The translations under genes were made by a program, and so were the position numbers. Below the pieces are notes generated by a model, which worked only from the letters and a program-made list of their open reading frames with translations, was not told the origin of the DNA and did not search any database. Below, piece after piece: positions 39,421-52,900 of a DNA stretch of 64,000 nucleotides (within the stretch, counting starts at the first letter, position 1; each line of letters starts with the position of its first letter). The DNA comes from Octopus sinensis (taxonomy: Eukaryota): assembly GCF_006345805.1 (NCBI RefSeq), contig NC_043004.1, positions 73,966,001-74,030,000 of the forward strand, read 5' to 3'.

Positions 39421-39996
39421 GGCAGATGTCAACACAATTTCTAGTTAACTAAACACTTTTAAACTTCGTATACTGGTAGAATGTATTTATAAATCATCAT
39501 TTTCTCTTGGTTTTATTGAGAAAATTCTATAGTTTGTAAGATATTTCGTCTGAAAATCCGAGCATTTCGGCAATTTTAACCAATCGATTACCTCCATTCA
39601 ACTAAAATCATTTGCTGCGTCTAAAACTGAGACAGCATCCTGTAACTAACCTTAACCCCCCCCCTAACCCTAACCCTAAATTTTTTTTCTTAATTGTTAA
39701 ATTAATTTAATTCCATTGCTTTAGTTTCTTTACACGCGTAACAATTAAGAAAAAAAAATTAGGGTTGGGGGGGAGGTTGAGAGTTAGTTACAGGATGTTG
39801 TCTCGGTTTTAGACGCAGCAAATGATTTTAGCTCAAAAGAGAGCATAGGATTGGTTAAAATTCGAAAAATCAAACTACGTTAAACAAACAAATTACAATT
39901 TTCTCAAGAAAGCCAAGAGAAAAAAATGTTTTATTTTGACCCATTCTACCAGTATACGAAGTTTTAAAGTGTTAAGTTAACTAGAAATTGTCTGCC
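39421..39996. mobile_element. Non-autonomous DNA element with ~255-265-bp inverted arms containing CCCTAA units
   Basis: 39434-39699 versus 39739-39991 (ACAATTTCTAGTTAACT...CTTCGTATACTGGTAGAATG and its reverse complement). CCCTAACCCTAACCCTAA lies near the inner end of the left arm. Confidence 0.75.
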
Positions 39997-40076
39997 AGTC
40001 GAGTTCCAGATCGTTTGCAGTTTCGACCGGTTACACTCGAGACTGCTACATTCTGGCCGGCCAGATATATATATAG

Positions 40077-40121
<45 letters not shown>

Positions 40122-40264
40122 GGGGTCTATATATGCATACATGCGCGGGAGTTGGGTGAGCTAATGTACCCACAAATATTTGATCACTATAAACAATACA
40201 TCTGTGCAGCTTGTTCACAAAGAAATTTAAGGCCTTCATCTGTCCTTTTCGATAAGGGAGTCCA

Positions 40265-40316
<52 letters not shown>

Positions 40317-40503
40317 TATATTGTATTACATAATATTTGTGTGTATACTTTATTATATCTATACAAATATTCAATAGTTAGATACACACACCGATACACA
40401 GGTAAACAATTTCACAGCGGAAATAATAAGGAAAAAAAATCAATTAATGAAAAGGAAAAGAAAACCATGGGAACACGCACCCAATCACGCGTACATACAC
40501 ACA

Positions 40504-40558
<55 letters not shown>

Positions 40559-40849
40559 CACACACACACAGCTAAACAAGTGAAGGGCAAGTACAAGAGT
40601 TCAAAGGTTATGTTGGTGAAATATCAGTTTAGCTATGTCGTTGATAGGAGGGGCCCTTTTTATATTACTTTCGCTGAAGTGGATAAAAGGGAGGCAATGA
40701 TATCATTTAAACCTGATATTATTTTTTCAGACGATTAGTTTCCAAAGAAATATCGACCCCAAAACTACTGTGGTTCCTTCTCAACCCTTTGCCCACACGT
40801 CCCTCTTAATTTCCTCCATTCTCTATAACTGCCGTCCTCTATGGTGGTT

Positions 40850-40949
40850 NNNNNNNNNNNNNNNNNNNNNNNNNNNNNNNNNNNNNNNNNNNNNNNNNNN
40901 NNNNNNNNNNNNNNNNNNNNNNNNNNNNNNNNNNNNNNNNNNNNNNNNN
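40850..40949. other. Assembly gap (100 N; probably a placeholder of unknown size)
   Basis: Run of exactly 100 N. Confidence 0.98.
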
Positions 40950-43900
40950 CTAATTTAAGAAAGGAACCAGCAATTAAGAACCATTGCTTGCTGACCATTA
41001 CGCTGGGCTTTATAAGTAATGTCAGAAATGAAGTATATACGGTGGGACCATCTAATTTAACGAAGAGAATCCGGCAATTATAGACCCATTACTTGCTGAC
41101 CATTACTCTGGACATATTAAGTAACCTCAGAAGATGAAGTATATACGGTTGGACCATCTTCGTATAAGAAGGGACCCAAGCAATTATAGACCCATTACTC
41201 TGGACATTATTAGTAACCTCAGAGCATGAAGTATATACGTGGGACCATCTAATTTAAGAAGGAACCAGCAATTATAGAACCATTGCTTGCTGGACCATTA
41301 CGCTGGCTTTATTAAGTAATGTCAGAAGATGAAGTATACACGGTGGGACCATCTAATTTAAAAAAGAATCCGGCAATTATAGACCCATTCTTGCTGACCA
41401 TCTACACTCTGGACATTATAAAGTAACCTCAGAAGATGAAGTATATACGGTGGGACCATCTCGTATAAGAAGGAACCAAGCAATTATAGACCCATTACTC
41501 CTGGACATTATTAAGTAACCTCAGAAGATGAAGTATATACGGTGGGACCATCTAATTTAGAATGGAACCCAGCAATTATAGAACCATTACTTGCTGACCA
41601 TTACCCCTGGACGTTATTAAGTAACCCCAGTGATGAAGTATATACGGTGGGACCATCTAATTTAAGAAGGGAACCCAGCAATATGAACCATTACTTGCTG
41701 ACCAATACTCAGGACAATATTAAGTAACCTCAGAAAATGAAGTATGTACGGTGGGACCATATAAATTAAGAAGGGAACCCAGCAATTTTAGAACCATTAC
41801 TTGCTGACCATTATTCTGGACATTATTAAGTAATCTCAGAAGATGAAGTATAAACGGTGGGACCATCTAATTTAAGAAGGGAACCTAGCAATTATAGAAA
41901 CATTACTTGCTGACCATTACCCTGGACATTATAAATAACCCCAGTAGATGATATATACGGTGGACCATCTAATTTAAGAAGGGAACCCAGCATTTATAGA
42001 ACCATTCTTGCTGACCATTACTCTGGACAATATTAAGTAACCTCAGAAAATGAAGTATGTACGGTGGGGACCATATAATTTAAGAAGGGACCCGCAATTA
42101 TAGAACCATTACTTGCTACCATTACTCTGGACTTATTTTAAGTAATCTCAAAGATGAAGTATATACGGTGGGGACCATCTAATTTAAGAAGGGAACCTAG
42201 CAATTATAGAACCATTACTTGCTGACCATTTACTCTGGACATTATTAAGTAATCTCAGAAGATGAAGTATAACGGTGGAACCATCTAATTTAAGGAGGAA
42301 CCAAGAAATTTAGAACCATTACTTGCTGACCATTACTCTGGCATTATTAAGTAATATCAGAAGATGAAGTATATACGGTGGGACCATCTAATTTAAGAAG
42401 GGAACCCCCAGCAATTATAGAACCATTACTTGCTGACCATTACTCTGGACATTTATTAAGTAAGCTCAGATGAAGTAAATACGGTGGGACCATCTAATTT
42501 AAAAGGGAAACTAGCAATTTATAGAACCATTACTTGCTGACCATTACTCTGGACATTATTAGGTATCTCAGAAGATGAAGTATAAACGGTGGGACCATCT
42601 AATTTAAGGAGGGACCCAGCAATTATAGAACCATTACTTGCTGACCATTACTCTGGACGGACCATCTAATTTTAGAAGGGAACCCAGCATTATAGAACCT
42701 TACTTGCTGACCATTACTCTGGACATTATTAAATAATCTCAAAAGATGAAGTATATACGGTGGGACCATCTAATTTAAGAAGGGAACCCAGCAATTTAAG
42801 AACCATTACTTGCTGACCATTACCCGTACTCTGGACTTATTAAGTATCTCAGAAGATGAAGTATAACGGTGGGACCATCTAATTTAAGAAGGGAACCCAG
42901 CATTATAGAACCATACTTGCTGACCATTACTCTGGACATTAAGTAGTACCTCAGACGATGAAGTATATACGGTGGGAGCATCTATTTAAGAAGGAACCAG
43001 AAATTATAGAACCATTACTTGCTGAACCATTACTCTGGATATTAAGTACCCTCAGACGATGAAGTATATACGGTGGGACCATCTATTTAAGAAGGGAACA
43101 GGCAATTATAGAACCATTACTTGCTGACCATTACTCTGGGCTTTATTAAGTAATCTTCAGAAAATGAAGTATATACGGTGGGACCATTATAATTTAAGAA
43201 GGGAACAGGCAATTATAGACCCATTACTTGCTGACCATTACTCTGGACATTATTAAGTAATCTCAGAAGATGAAGTATAAACGGTGGGGCATCTATATTT
43301 AAGAAGGGAACCCAGCAATTATAGAACCATTACTTGCTGACCATTACTCTGCACATTATTAAGTAATCTCAGAGATGAAGTATATACGGTGGGACCATCT
43401 AATTTAAGAACGGGAACAGGCAATAATAGAAACCATTACTTGCTGACCATTACTCTGGACATTATTAAGTAATCTCAGAAGATGAAGTATATCCGGTGGG
43501 ACAATCTCGTATAAGAAGGGAACCAAGCAATTATAGACCCCATTACTTGCTGACCATTACTCTGGACATTAAGTAACCTCAACAATGAAGTATATACGGT
43601 GGGACCATATTCTAATTTAAGAGGGACAGGCAATAATAGAACCATTACTTCTGACCATTACTCTGGACATATATTAAGTAATCTCAGAAGATGAAGTATA
43701 ACGGTGGGACCAACTAATTTAAGAAGGGAACCGCAATTATAGAACCATTACTTGCTGACCATTACTCTGGACATTAAGTAACCTCAGACAATGAAGTATA
43801 TACGGTGGGAGCATCTAATGTAAGAAGGGAACCAAGCAATTATAGAACCATTACTTGCTGACCATTACTCTGGATTTAAGTAACCTCAGACGATGAAGTA

Positions 43901-46900
43901 TATACCGTGGGACCATCTAATTTAGAAGGGAACAGGCAATTATAGAACCATTACTTGCTGAGCATTACTCTGGACTTTATTAAGTATCTTAGAAGATGAA
44001 GTATATACGGTGGGACCACCTAATTTAAGAAGGGAACGGCATTATAGACCCATATACTTGCTGACCATTACTCTGGACATCTATTAAGTAATCCTCGAAG
44101 ATAGAAAGTATATACGGTGGGACCATCTAATTTAAGAAGGGAACAGTCAATTATAGAATCATTACTTGCTGACCATTACTCTGGACATTATTAAGTATCT
44201 CAAATATGAAGTATATACGGTGGGACCATCTAATTTAAGAAGAGAACCTGGCAATTATAGAACCATTACTTGCTGACCATTACTCTGGACATTATTTAAG
44301 TAATCTCAGAAGATGAAGTTATACGGTGGGACCATCTAATTTAAGAAGGGAACCAGCAATTATAGAACCATTGCTTGCTGACCATTACGCTGGGCTATTA
44401 AGTAATCTCAGAAGATGAAGTATATACGGTGGAACCATCTCGTATAAAAAGGGAACCAAGCAATTATAGACCCATTACTTCTGGACATTATTAATACCTC
44501 AGAAGATGAAGTATATACGGTGGGACCATCTAATTTAAGAAGGGAACCCAGCAATTATAGAACCATTACTTGCTGACCATTACCCTGGACGTTATTAAGT
44601 ACCCCCAGTAGATGAAGTATATACGGTGGGACCATCTAATTTAAGAGGGGAACAGCAATTATAGAACCATTACTTGCTGACCATTACTCAGGACGATATT
44701 AAGTTAACCTCAGAAAATGAAGTATGTACGGTGGGACCATATAATTTAAGAAGGGAACCCAGCAATTTTAGAACCCATTACTTGCTGACCATATTCTGGA
44801 CATTATTAAGTAATCTCAGAAGATGAAGTATAAACGGTGGGACCATCTAATTTAAGAAGGGAACCTAGCAATTATAGAAACATTATTACTTGCTGACCAT
44901 TACCTGGACATTATAAAGTAACCCCAGTAGATGAAGTATATACGGTGGGACCATCTAATTTAAGAAGGGAACCCAGCAATTATAGAACCATTACTTGCTG
45001 ACCATTACTATGGACAATATTAAGTACCCTCAGAAAATGAAGTATGTACGGTGGGACCAATAATTTAAGAAGGGAACCCCCACAATTATAGAACCATTAC
45101 TTGCTAACCATTACTCTGGACATTATTAAGTAATCTCAGAAGATGAAGTATATACGGTGGGACCATCTAATTAAGAAGGGAACCTAGCAATTATAGAACC
45201 ATTACTTGCTGACCATTACTCTGGACATTATTAAGTAATCTCAGAAGATGAAGTATAAACGGTGGGACCATCTAATTTTAAGGAGGGAACCGCAAATTAT
45301 AGAACCATTACTTGCTGACCATTACTCTGGACATTATTAAGTAATCTCAGAAGATGAAGTATATACTGTGGGACCATCTAATTTAAGAAGGGAACCAGCA
45401 ATTATAGAACCATTACTTGCTGACCATTACTCTGGACATTATTAAGTAATCTCAGAAGATGAAGTATATACGGTGGGACAAACTAATTTAAGAAGGGAAC
45501 CCAGCAATTATAGAACCATTACTTGCTGACCATTACTCTGGACATTATTAGGTAATCTCAGAAGATGAAGTATAAACGGTGGGACCATCTAATTTAAGGA
45601 GGGAACACAGCAATTGTAGAACCATTACTTGCTGACCATTACTCTGGACGGGACCATCTAATTTTAGAAGGGAACCCACTAATTATAGAACCAATACTTG
45701 CTGACCATTACTCTGGACATTATTAAATAATCTCAAAAGATGAAGTATATACGGTGGTACCATCTAATTTAAGAAGGGAACAGTCAATTATAGAATCATT
45801 ACTTGCTGACCATTACTCTGGACATTATTAAGTAATCTCAAAAGATGAAGTATATACGGTGGTACCATCTAATTTAAGAAGGGAACAGTCAATTATAGAA
45901 TCATTACTTGCTGACCATTACTCTGGACATTATTAAGTAATCTCAGAAGATGAAGTATATACGGTGGGAGCATCTAATTTAAGAAGGGAACAGGCAATTA
46001 TAGAACCATTACTTGCTAACCATTACTCTGGACATTATTAAGTAACCTCAGAAGTTGAAGTATATACGGTGGGACCATCTAATTTAAGAAGAGAACCCGG
46101 CAATTATAGAACCATTACTTGCTGACCATTACTCTGGACATTATTAAGTAATCACAGAAGATGAAGTATATACGGTGGGACCATCTAATTTAAGAAGGGA
46201 ACCAGCAATTATAGAACCATTGCTTGCTGACCATTACGCTGGGCTTTATTAAGTAATGTCAGAAGATGAAGTATATACGGTGGGACCATCTAATTTAAGA
46301 AGAGAATCCGGCAATTATAGACCCATTACTTGCTGACCATTTCTCTGGACATTATTAAGTAACCTCAGAAGATGAAGTATATACGGTGGGACCATCTCGT
46401 ATAAGAAGGGAACCAAGCAATTATAGACCCATTACTCTGGACATTATTAAGTAACCTCAGAAGATGAAGTATATACGGTGGGACCATCTAATTTAAGAAA
46501 TGAACCCAGCAATTATAGAACCATTACTTGCTGACCATTACCCTGGACGTTATTAAGTAACCCCAGTAGATGAAGTATATACGGTGGGACCATCTAATTT
46601 AAGAAGGGAACCCAGCAATTATAGAACCATTACTTGCTGACCAATACTCAGGACAATATTAAGTAACCTCAGAAAATGAAGTATGTACGGTGGGACCATA
46701 TAAATTAAGAAGGGAACCCAGCAATTTTAGAACCATTACTTGCTGACCATTATTCTGGACATTATTAAGTAATCTCAGAAGATGAAGTATAAACGGTGGG
46801 ACCATCTAATTTAAGAAGGGAACCTAGCAATTATAGAAACATTACTTGCTGACCATTACCCTGGACATTATAAAGTAACCCCAGTAGATGAAGTATATAC

Positions 46901-49900
46901 GGTGGGACCATCTAATTTAAGAAGGGAACCCAGCAATTATAGAACCATTACTTGCTGACCATTACTCTGGACAATATTAAGTAACCTCAGAAAATGAAGT
47001 ATGTACGGTGGGACCATATAATTTAAGAAGGGAACCCAGCAATTATAGAAGCATTACTTGCAAACCATTACTCTGGACATTATTAAGTAATCTCAGAAGA
47101 TGAAGTATATACGGTGGGACCATCTAATTTAAGAAGGGAACCTAGCAATTATAGAACCATTACTTGCTGACCATTACTCTGGACATTATTAAGTAATCTC
47201 AGAAGATGAAGTATAAACGGTGGGACCATCTAATTTAAGGAGGGAACCAAGAAATTTTAGAACCATTACTTGCTGACCATTACTCTGGACGTTATTAAGT
47301 AATATCAGAAGATGAAGTATATACTGTGGGACCATCTAATTTAAGAAGGGAACCCAGCAATTATAGAACCATTACTTGCTGACCATTACTCTGGATATTA
47401 TTAAGTAATCTCAGAAGATGAAGTATATACGGTGGGACAAACTAATTTAAGAAGGGAACCCAGCAATTATAGAACCATTACTTGCTGACCATTACTCTGG
47501 ACATTATTAGGTAATCTCAGAAGATGAAGTATAAACGGTGGGACCATCTAATTTAAGGAGGGAACCCAGCAATTATAGAACCATTTCTTGCTGACCATTA
47601 CTCTGGACGGGACCATCTAATTTTAGAAGGGAACCCAGCAATTATAGAACCATTACTTGCTGACCATTACTCTGGACATTATTAAGTAATCTCAGAAGAT
47701 GAAGTATAAACGGTGGGACCATCTAATTTAAGGAGGGAACCAAGAAATTTTAGAACCATTACTTGCTGACCATTACTCTGGACATTATTAAGTAATCTCA
47801 GAAGATGAAGTATATACGGTGGGACCATCTAATTTAAGAAGGGAAACTAGCAATTATAGAACCATTACTTGCTGACCATTACTCTGGACATTATTAGGTA
47901 ATCTCAGAAGATGAAGTATAAACGGTGGGACCATCTAATTTAAGGAGGGAACCCAGCAATTATAGAACCATTACTTGCTGACCATTAATCTGGACGGGAC
48001 CATCTAATTTTAGAAGGGAACCCAGCAATTATAGAACCATTACTTGCTGACCATTACTCTGGACATTATTAAATAATCTCAAAAGATGAAGTATATACGG
48101 TGGGGACCATCTAATTTAAGAAGGGAACCCAGCAATTAAGAACCATTACTTGCTGACCATTACTCTGGACATTATTAAGTAATCTCAGAAGATGAAGTAT
48201 AAACGGTGGGACCATCTAATTTAAGAAGGGAACCCAGCAATTATAGAACCATTACTTGCTGACCATTACTCTGGACATTAAGTAACCTCAGACGATGAAG
48301 TATATACGGTGGGAGCATCTAATTTAAGAAGGGAACCCAGAAATTATAGAACCATTACTTGCTGACCATTACTCTGGATATTAAGTAACCTCAGACGATG
48401 AAGTATATACGGTGGGACCATCTAATTTAAGAAGGGAACAGGCAATTATAGAACCATTACTTGCTGACCATTACTCTGGGCTTTATTAAGTAATCTTAGA
48501 AAATGAAGTATATACGGTGGGACCATATAATTTAAGAAGGGAACAGGCAATTATAGACCCATTACTTGCTGACCATTACTCTGGACATTATTAAGTAATC
48601 TCAGAAGATGAAGTATAAACGGTGGGAGCATCTAATTTAAGAAGGGAACCCAGCAATTATAGAACCATTACTTGCTGACCATTACTCTGCACATTATTAA
48701 GTAATCTCAGAAGATGAAGTATATACGGTGGGACCATCTAATTTAAGAAGGGAACAGGCAATATAGAACCATTACTTGCTGACCATTACTCTGGACATTA
48801 TTAAGTAATCACAGAAGATGAAGTATATACGGTGGGACACATCTCGTATAAGAAGGGAACCAGCAATTATAGACCCATTACTTGCTGACCATTACTCTGG
48901 ACATTAAGTACCTCAGACAATGAAGTATATACGGTGGGACCATCTAATTTAAGAAGGGAACAGGCAATAATAGAACCATTACTTGCTGACCATTACTCTG
49001 GACATTATTAAGTAATCTCAGAAGATGAAGTATAAACGGTGGGACCAACTAATTTAAGAAGGGAACCCAGCAATTATAGAACCATTACTTGCTGTCCATT
49101 ACTCTGGACATTAAGTAACCTCAGACAATGAAGTATATACGGTGGGAGCATCTAATTTAAGAAGGGAACCAAGCAATTATAGAACCATTACTTGCTGACC
49201 ATTACTCTGGATATTAAGTAACCTCAGATGATGAAGTATATACGGTGGGACCATCTAATTTAAGAAGGGAACAGGCAATTATAGAACCATTACTTGCTGA
49301 GCATTACTCTGGGCTTTATTAAGTAATCTTAGAAGATGAAGTATATACGGTGGGACCATCTTATTTAAGAAGGGAACAGGCAATTATAGACCCATAACTT
49401 GCTGACCATTACTCTGGATATTATTAAGTAATCTCAGAAGATGAAGTATATACGGTGGGACCATCTAATTTAAGAAGGGAACAGTCAATTATAGAATCAT
49501 TACTTGCTGACCATTACTCTGGACATTATTAAGTAATCTCAGAAGATGAAGTATATACGGTGGGACCATCTAATTTAAGAAGAAACCCTGCATTATAGAA
49601 CCATTACTTGCTGACCATTACTCTGGACATTATTAAGTAATCTCAGAAGATGAAGTATATACGGTGGGACCATCTAATTTAAGAAGGGAACCAGCAATTA
49701 TAGAACCATTGCTTGCTGACCATTACGCTGGGCTTTATTAAGTAATCTCGAAGATGAAGTATATACGGTGGGACCATCTAATTTAAGAAGAGAATCCGCA
49801 ATTATAGACCCATTACTTGCTGACCATTATTCTGGACATTATTAAGTAAACTCAGAAGATGAAGTATATACGGTGGGACCATCTCGTATAAAAAGGGAAC

Positions 49901-52900
49901 CAAGCAATTATAGACCCATTACTCTGGACATTATTAAGTAACCTCAGAAGATGAAGTATATACGGTGGGACCATCTAATTTAAGAAGGGAACCTAGCAAT
50001 TATAGAAACATTACTTGCTGACCATTACCCTGGACATTATAAAGTAACCCCAGTAGATGAAGTATATACGGTGGGACCATCTAATTTAAGAAGGGAACCC
50101 AGCAATTATAGAACCATTACTTGCTGACCATTACTATGGACAATATTAAGTAACCTCAGAAAATGAAGTATGTACGGTGGGACCATATAATTTAAGAAGG
50201 GAACCCAGCAATTATAGAACCATTACTTGCTAACCATTACTCTGGACATTATTAAGTAATCTCAGAAGATGAAGTATATACGGTGGGACCATCTAATTTA
50301 AGAAGGGAACCTAGCAATTATAGAACCATTACTTGCTGACCATTACTCTGGACATTATTAAGTAATCTCAGAAGATGAAGTATAAACGGTGGGACCATCT
50401 AATTTAAGGAGGGAACCAAGAAATTATAGAACCATTACTTGCTGACCATTACTCTGGACATTATTAAGTAATCTCAGAAGATGAAGTATATACTGTGGGA
50501 CCATCTAATTTAAGAAGGGAACCCAGCAATTATAGAACCATTACTTGCTGACCATTACTCTGGACATTATTAAGTAATCTCAGAAGATGAAGTATATACG
50601 GTGGGACAAACTAATTTAAGAAGGGAACCCAGCAATTATAGAACCATTACTTGCTGACCATTACTCTGGACATTATTAGGTAATCTCAGAAGATGAAGTA
50701 TAAACGGTGGGACCATCTAATTTAAGGAGGGAACCCAGCAATTGTAGAACCATTAATTGCTGACCATTACTCTGGACGGGACCATCTAATTTTAGAAGGG
50801 AACCCACTAATTATAGAACCAATACTTGCTGACCATTACTCTGGACATTATTAAATAATCTCAAAGATGAAGTATATACGGTGGGTACCATCTAATTTAA
50901 GAAGGGAACAGTCAAATATAGAATCATTACTTGCTGACCATTACTCTGGACATTATTAAGTAATCTCAAAAGATGAAGTATATACGGTGGTACCATCTAA
51001 TTTAAGAAGGGAACAGTCAATTATAGAATCATTACTTGCTGACCATTACTCTGGACATTATTAAGTAATCTCAGAAGATGAAGTATATACGGTGGGAGCA
51101 TCTAATTTAAGAAGGGAACAGGCAATTATAGAACCATTACTTGCTAACCATTACTCTGGACATTATTAAGTAACCTCAGAAGTTGAAGTATATACGGTGG
51201 GACCATCTAATTTAAGAAGAGAACCCGGCAATTATAGAAACATTACTTGCTGACCATTACTCTGGACATTATTAAGTAATATCAGAAGATGAAGTATATA
51301 CTGTGGGACCATCTAATTTAAGAAGGGAACCCAGCAATTATAGAACCATTACTTGCTGACCATTACTCTGGACATTATTAAGTAATCTCAGAAGATGAAG
51401 TATATACGGTGGGACCATCTAATTTAAGAAGGGAAACTAGCAATTATAGAACCATTACTTGCTGACCATTACTCTGGACATTATTAGGTAATCTCAGAAG
51501 ATGAAGTATAAACGGTGGGACCATCTAATTTAAGGAGGGAACCCAGCAATTATAGAACCATTACTTGCTGACCATTACTCTGGACGGGACCATCTAATTT
51601 TAGAAGGGAACCCAGCAATTATAGAACCATTACTTGCTGACCATTACTCTGGACATTATTAAATAATCTCAAAAGATGAAGTATATACGGTGGGACCATC
51701 TAATTTAAGAAGGGAACCCAGCAATTAAAGAACCATTACTTGCTGACCATTACTCTGGACATTATTAAGTAATCTCAGAAGATGAAGTATAAACGGTGGG
51801 ACCATCTAATTTAAGAAGGGAACCCAGCAATTATAGAACCAATACTTGCTGACCATTACTCTGGACATTAAGTAACCTCAGACGATGAAGTATATACGGT
51901 GGGAGCATCTAATTTAAGAAGGGAACCCAGCAATTATAGAACCATTACTTGCTGACCATTACTCTGGATATTAAGTAACCTCAGACGATGAAGTATATAC
52001 GGTGGGACCATCTAATTTAAGAAGGGAACAGGCAATTATAGAACCATTACTTGCTGACCATTACTCATGGCTTTATTAAGTAATCTTAGAAAATGAAGTA
52101 TATACGGTGGGACCATATAATTTAAGAAGGGAACAGGCAATTATAGACCCATTACTTGCTGACCATTACTCTGGACATTATTAAGTAATCTCAGAAGATG
52201 AAGTATAAACGGTGGGAGCATCTAATTTAAGAAGGGAACCCAGCAATTATAGAACCATTACTTGCTGACCATTACTCTGCACATTATTAAGTAATCTCAG
52301 AAGATGAAGTATATACGGCGGGACAATCTAATTTAAGAAGGGAACAGGCAATAATAGAACCATTACTTGCTGACCATTACTCTGGACATTATTAAGTAAT
52401 CTCAGAAGATGAAGTATATACGGTGGGACCATCTCGTATAAGAAGGGAACCAAGCAATTATAGACCCATTACTTGCTGACCATTACTCTGGACATTAAGT
52501 AACCTCAGACAATGAAGTATATACGGTGGGACCATCTAATTTAAGAAGGGAACAGGCAATAATAGAACCATTACTTGCTGACCATTACTCTGGACATTAT
52601 TAAGTAATCTCAGAAGATGAAGTATAAACGGTGGGACCAACTAATTTAAGAAGGGAACCCAGCAATTATAGAACCATTACTTGCTGACCATTACTCTGGA
52701 CATTAAGTAACCTCAGACAATGAAGTATATACGGTGGGAGCATCTAATTTAAGAAGGGAACCAAGCAATTATAGAACCATTACTTGCTGACCATTACTCT
52801 GGATATTAATAAGTAACCTCAGAGGATGAAGTATATACGGTGGGACCATCTAATTTAAGAAGGGAACAGGCAATTATAGAACCATTACTTGCTGAGCATT

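Noticed and set aside
40770-40849. Faint inverted similarity to the satellite monomer just left of the gap
   Set aside because: Only short word matches (GCAGTTATAGA, GAAGGAACCA); cannot be distinguished from chance by eye.
41542-41727. 61-aa ORF and 40841-41083 ORF in the satellite
   Set aside because: These are chance frames created by indels and Ns. The monomer length is not a multiple of 3 and the monomer is rich in stop codons.
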